Source: an uncultured bacterium (GTDB lineage Bacteria; Patescibacteriota; Dojkabacteria; SC72). Taken from it: DNA of 64,000 nucleotides. Location: assembly GCA_903906305.1 (NCBI GenBank), contig CAIVJR010000007.1, forward strand, positions 45,809 to 109,808. The letters run 5' to 3'. Numbering within the stretch: position 1 is the stretch's first letter; each line of letters begins with the position of its first letter. Positions 59,440 to 64,000 of the stretch are shown here, in pieces. A program made the translations under genes and the position numbers. The notes below the pieces were generated by a model that was given only the letters and a program-made list of their open reading frames with translations, did no database searches and was not told the origin of the DNA.

Positions 59440-62358
59440 ATGTTCAAAATACTAACAAGTCTCTTTGACTCAAACGAAAAACAGCTTAAAAAGATCCAAC
59501 CAACAATCGACAAGATTAATGGAATGGAAGAAGCAATGGGCAAACTCACCAATGAACAGTTAAGAGCAAAAACAGACGAATTTAGAAAAACATTAGGAGT
59601 AGATCTAACCACTGCAAGAAAAGAATTCGAAACACTAAGTACAGATGCATTAAAAACACGATTGGCAGAAGAAAAAGTTAAACTCTATGAAATCCTCCCA
59701 GAAGCATTTGCAGTAGCAAGAGAAGCATCCAAGCGAGTAGCAAATCACAGACATTTCGATGTACAGATGATGGCTGGATATGTATTGTTTGATAACAAGA
59801 TTGCGGAACTATTCACAGGAGAAGGAAAAACATTAGCAGCAAACTTACCATTGTATCTTTGTGGATTAACAGGAAGAGGTGCTCATTTAGTAACAGTAAA
59901 TGACTATCTCGCCCGAAGAGATGCAGAATGGAATGGGCATATATTAAATGCATTAGGAATTACTGTAGGTGCCGTTAACTCAGGCAAACAGTACAAATTC
60001 ATAACTGATGAAGAAGTTCTTAAAGTAAAGGGAGATGAAGGAAAAGCATTACTAAAGGAAAGAGACGAAAAAGCTAAAACCAATGGAAGGTTGAAATATG
60101 ACCATATGAGTGGAGTGAATATGGTGGAATGTTCCAAACAAGAGGTATATGCCTGTGATGTGGTATATGGTACTAACAATGAATTTGGTTTCGATTACCT
60201 TCGAGACAATATGGCTAGAACCTTGGAAGAGAGAGTACAAGGTCCTAAATATTTTGTAATCGTAGATGAAGCAGACTCCATCCTCATTGATGAAGCTAGA
60301 ACTCCATTAATCATCTCTACCAATGCTCAAACCGCAAATGATATGTACAAGAAGTTTGCAAACCTATCTAACCAACTTCAACCAGAAAAACACTACATCG
60401 TAGACGAAAAGTCTCACTCAGTCTCATTAACTGATGATGGAATTGACCAAGCTGAGAAATTACTAGGAGTAAAGAACGTGTATGAAAATGCACAATTAGC
60501 ATATCACCTAGATAACGCATTGAAGGCAAAAGAACTTTACAAGCTTGATGATGAATATATGATTCGAAATGGAGAAATCCTCATTGTTGATGAATTTACA
60601 GGAAGAGCTATGGAAGGAAGAAGATACAGTGAAGGATTACACCAGGCAATTGAAGCTAAAGAAGGTGTAGAAGTTAAACGAGAATCAAAGACAATGGCAA
60701 CAATTACATTGCAGAACTTCTTTAGACTTTACAAATATCTCTCAGGAATGACGGCTACTGCTTTAACTGAGGCTGAAGAGTTCTCCTCAATCTACAAGCT
60801 CGATACCATAGTGGTACCTACCAACAGACAGGTAGTAAGAAAAGATCACGTAGACCTAGTCTACAGGAGCGAGGATGGCAAGTTCAGAGCCATAGTGGAA
60901 GATATCAAAGAGCATCATGCAAAAGGACAACCAGTATTGGTTGGTACTACATCTGTAGAGAAATCGGAGAGGATAGCAGATATGCTTGCTAAAGATGGTA
61001 TCAAACACAATGTATTAAATGCAAAACAACACGAAAGAGAAGCGCATGTAATCTCCGAAGCAGGTCAAAAAGGATCTGTAACCATAGCAACAAACATGGC
61101 AGGTAGAGGTACAGATATCGCATTAGGAGAAGGAGTCACAGATCTTGGTGGATTGTATGTAATCGGTTCTGAAAGACACGAATCAAGAAGAATAGACAAC
61201 CAGTTAAGAGGACGATCTGGAAGACAGGGAGACCCTGGTGAATCTAGGTTCTTCGTATCATTTGAAGACGAATTAATGAGACTTTTTGGTGGAGACAGAA
61301 TGCAAATGCTCATGACTCAGGTAGGATTAGATGATGAAACACCAATTGAGGTAGGAATACTTGGTAGAACAATTGAAAATGCACAGAAGAAAGTAGAAGC
61401 CTACAACTATGATATTCGTAAAAATTTAGTTGAATATGATGATGTATTAAACCAACAGAGAGAAATCATATATACCATTAGAAGGAAACTTCTACAGGCA
61501 GATACTACAGAAAAATTTGAAATATCTGCAAAGACATTGAAACATGATTTGGAAGTGGTAAAAGCATTAGACATTGATACATTGCAAGACAGTTTTGATG
61601 GATTCTCATTTGCTAGAGAAGAAAGTTGGAGAACACCAGAGTTAGATTCATTGCAATATATATTCTCACCTTTGGAGAAATGGATATTAAAGAAAGAATT
61701 GGAATATGTAGAATATCTCTTTGCTTCTGAATTACAAGATGATGATGAGATAGATAACGTGGAGGAGAGAAAGTTGTATGTACAGATTAAAAATCTTCAA
61801 ACAGATGAAATCTTTGAAGTAGTGGTTAAGCAGCTAGGATTCAAAGATCAGGTTGAGATGTTTAGACATCTTGAATCATTGAACAAGGTAGAGAAGTTAA
61901 CAATCATAAAAAGGATGATAGCAATAGCTATGATATTACATGTCTATTCAATTGGTGCAGAGCCAATGAAAGCACTTGCTAGGATGCTAATCCTTGAAGC
62001 ATATGACAAATTCTGGATGGAACACTTAGACACAATGGCTGATTTAAGAGAGGGAATTTCTTTGAGAAATCTTGCTCAAAGAGATCCATTAGTAGAATAC
62101 AAAAATGAAGGCTTCCAAATGTTTGATGATATGCTCAAAAAGATTGATGAATCAGTATCTACAAGATTCTTTAGAGTAAGGTTGGTTCAAAAGCAAGAAC
62201 AAATTCCAGTTAAAACTAATGACCAAGAAGACAAAAGACCTGGCAAAACAGGTGGGCAGAAAACTATAACAAAGAACAAAAAAGTTGGTCGTAATGACCC
62301 TTGTCCTTGTGGCAGTGGGAAAAAATACAAGAAATGTTGCTTCCCAAAGTATGAGTAG
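59440..62358 (+). CDS. secA: Preprotein translocase subunit SecA
   Basis: TGEGKTL, VDEADSILIDEARTPLIIS, ATNMAGRGTDI, GRNDPCPCGSGKKYKKCC. Confidence 0.97.
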   Translation: MFKILTSLFDSNEKQLKKIQPTIDKINGMEEAMGKLTNEQLRAKTDEFRKTLGVDLTTARKEFETLSTDALKTRLAEEKVKLYEILPEAFAVAREASKRVANHRHFDVQMMAGYVLFDNKIAELFTGEGKTLAANLPLYLCGLTGRGAHLVTVNDYLARRDAEWNGHILNALGITVGAVNSGKQYKFITDEEVLKVKGDEGKALLKERDEKAKTNGRLKYDHMSGVNMVECSKQEVYACDVVYGTNNEFGFDYLRDNMARTLEERVQGPKYFVIVDEADSILIDEARTPLIISTNAQTANDMYKKFANLSNQLQPEKHYIVDEKSHSVSLTDDGIDQAEKLLGVKNVYENAQLAYHLDNALKAKELYKLDDEYMIRNGEILIVDEFTGRAMEGRRYSEGLHQAIEAKEGVEVKRESKTMATITLQNFFRLYKYLSGMTATALTEAEEFSSIYKLDTIVVPTNRQVVRKDHVDLVYRSEDGKFRAIVEDIKEHHAKGQPVLVGTTSVEKSERIADMLAKDGIKHNVLNAKQHEREAHVISEAGQKGSVTIATNMAGRGTDIALGEGVTDLGGLYVIGSERHESRRIDNQLRGRSGRQGDPGESRFFVSFEDELMRLFGGDRMQMLMTQVGLDDETPIEVGILGRTIENAQKKVEAYNYDIRKNLVEYDDVLNQQREIIYTIRRKLLQADTTEKFEISAKTLKHDLEVVKALDIDTLQDSFDGFSFAREESWRTPELDSLQYIFSPLEKWILKKELEYVEYLFASELQDDDEIDNVEERKLYVQIKNLQTDEIFEVVVKQLGFKDQVEMFRHLESLNKVEKLTIIKRMIAIAMILHVYSIGAEPMKALARMLILEAYDKFWMEHLDTMADLREGISLRNLAQRDPLVEYKNEGFQMFDDMLKKIDESVSTRFFRVRLVQKQEQIPVKTNDQEDKRPGKTGGQKTITKNKKVGRNDPCPCGSGKKYKKCCFPKYE

Positions 62359-62379
62359 TTTATGCCCTCTATGGGTTTA

Positions 62380-62407
62380 TTGACACTTTCCTCACAAAAC
62401 ATATACT
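62380..62407 (+). promoter_or_regulatory. Sigma70 promoter
   Basis: TTGACA-16 nt-TATACT upstream of ORF 62441. Confidence 0.6.
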
Positions 62408-62440
62408 ATTGGAATATAACAAGTTGTATCCATAACTCTA

Positions 62441-62959
62441 ATGCCAGACAAAAAGAAAATTACGAAAGACCAGTTAGTAACTACACATAAGAGTGTACAT
62501 GTTGTATTTTTTTCCTGTGCTCACTGTGGAGATGAAATAGAAGATATCAAGATGTGCCCAAGTTGTGGTAAACCAATGAAGGTTATCAATGTAGTTGAGA
62601 AATTTGGAGAAGAAGCTGAAGAATTTCTTGCCAAGATAAGGAAACAGATTCCAGTTAAACCAGATGAAGAAGAGGAAGGGTATGTAAGTATAGACGAAGA
62701 GCAACCAAATATCATATTGCTTGGAGGGAAGACTACAGTTGTTGACGATGGTGGGATAGATCCGACAGCTACTGATGATAGTGATGATGGTTTAGATATA
62801 ATATTCCCAAGTGATGATGATGGTGAAGAATCACATCCTAAAGTTGAAGCTTTAGATGATGGAGAACTCACAAAGGCCCTCGAACAATTAGATGAAGAAG
62901 ATGATACATCTTCTGAAGATTTTGATTCATTTGGTGGTGGAGAGGTTCCTGAGTTATAA
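62441..62959 (+). CDS. Zinc-ribbon protein with highly acidic C-terminus
   Basis: CAHC...CPSC then a D/E-rich tail. Confidence 0.7.
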   Translation: MPDKKKITKDQLVTTHKSVHVVFFSCAHCGDEIEDIKMCPSCGKPMKVINVVEKFGEEAEEFLAKIRKQIPVKPDEEEEGYVSIDEEQPNIILLGGKTTVVDDGGIDPTATDDSDDGLDIIFPSDDDGEESHPKVEALDDGELTKALEQLDEEDDTSSEDFDSFGGGEVPEL

Positions 62960-62965
62960 TCTTTC

Positions 62966-64000
62966 ATGAATTCTCTTGAAAACTTGTTTCCTAAGGTAGC
63001 TATTGTCGCCGACCAGATGAATGGTTTTGGTGGAGCAGATCGAGAATTGATATCTATGCTCAAACTTTTCCCTAATGCTGAAATATTCACAATCACCTTC
63101 AACAAGAAGATATATCCTCAGATAACCAATATTGTACATACAAGTTTCCTACAGAAATGGCTTGAACGATTACCAAAATCTTTAGCACGACATCTCAAAG
63201 TCTTTACCCCATGGGCATACGAGAGTTTTAACTTTGATGGCTTTGATTTAGTAATTAGTATATCTGCCGGTCCTGCTAAAGGAATTGTTACTGGTATTGA
63301 TCAGCCACATATCGCAATGACTATGACACCTCCCAGAAGTCTTTGGGACAAAGAAAACAACTTCAGAGCCTTAAAACTTAGCAAAATGTATTCTGCCATA
63401 TCCGAAACGATTAATGTCTTCATGCGAATATGGGATACCAATATTGCTAAACGTGTCGACTATTGGACTGCTAATTCAAAATATATCCAAAAGAAAATTA
63501 AACGCACATATGGAGTAGATGCCACAGTAATATATCCTGGCATTGAGGAAAGATATTTTGAAAAAGGAAAACAATCACAACTCAATGAAGTAAAAGCAAA
63601 ATATTCTCTACCTGATGACTTTATTCTCATTGTTTCTAGATTGTACGATTACAAAAAAATAGATTGGGCAATTAGGGCATGTATTAAAGCAAACAAAAAG
63701 TTAATCATAGTTGGAGAAGGACCAGACAGAAAATATTTAGAAAAGGTAGCTAACAAAAATCCAAATATCAGCTTTCTTGGCTATGTTAGTGATGATGACG
63801 CAATATCACTTTTTAGATTAGCATCGTTACTTCTTTTCTGTGGTTTGGAAGACTTCGGTATAGTGCCTGTTGAAGCAATGGCAGCGGGTACACCAGTATT
63901 TGCATTAAGAGAAGGTGGACTTTTGGAAACCATAAAAGAACATATTTCTGGAGAATTTTTCAAAACGGAAGAAGAATTATGTAATTTACTTAAGGATTTT
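62966..64000 (+). CDS. Glycosyltransferase family 4 (partial, runs off the window)
   Basis: MNSLENLFPKVAIVADQMNGFGGADREL...VSRL..YKK...EDFGIVPVEAMAAG; absent from the ORF track because it has no stop in the window. Confidence 0.85.
   Translation, partial: MNSLENLFPKVAIVADQMNGFGGADRELISMLKLFPNAEIFTITFNKKIYPQITNIVHTSFLQKWLERLPKSLARHLKVFTPWAYESFNFDGFDLVISISAGPAKGIVTGIDQPHIAMTMTPPRSLWDKENNFRALKLSKMYSAISETINVFMRIWDTNIAKRVDYWTANSKYIQKKIKRTYGVDATVIYPGIEERYFEKGKQSQLNEVKAKYSLPDDFILIVSRLYDYKKIDWAIRACIKANKKLIIVGEGPDRKYLEKVANKNPNISFLGYVSDDDAISLFRLASLLLFCGLEDFGIVPVEAMAAGTPVFALREGGLLETIKEHISGEFFKTEEELCNLLKDF

Noticed and set aside
59980-60140. SecA insertion as a possible intein or intron
   Set aside because: Short in-frame insert with no intein terminal motifs.
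62521-63105. Long antisense ORFs (also 14516-15103, 32610-33221, 35135-35671 and similar)
   Set aside because: They lie opposite well-supported genes, are Ser/Phe/Ile-rich mirror translations and have no motifs.

Overview
AT-rich chromosomal segment of a bacterium with the gene style of CPR/Patescibacteria (Dojkabacteria-like is a guess from the form II/III RuBisCO, alpha2 GlyRS and archaeal-type PyrH). Housekeeping content: end of rpoA, rplQ-rplM-rpsI, a compact RNase P RNA, fmt, queA-tgt, a probable 6S RNA before rny, HU, pyrH, two Gre paralogues, trmD, glyQS, lysS, serS, miaA, degenerate secDF, prs, secA, tRNA-Glu and tRNA-Pro. Accessory content: form II/III RuBisCO, a VapBC-type pair, a small-protein/HEPN pair, a RAYT Y1 transposase between perfect palindromes, and a ~13.5 kb Wzm/Wzt glycan locus. 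Most striking unexplained structures: (1) a DUF3800 gene flanked by two antisense, separately promoted, covarying three-way-junction RNA copies, plus a rod-like RNA; (2) a ~340-nt minus-strand unit with a consensus promoter, a boxA-like site and four tandem tRNA-like or multibranch modules; (3) a pseudoknot/anti-SD leader before HU; (4) pervasive leaderless promoter architecture. All RNA structures were paired by eye; no searches were run.
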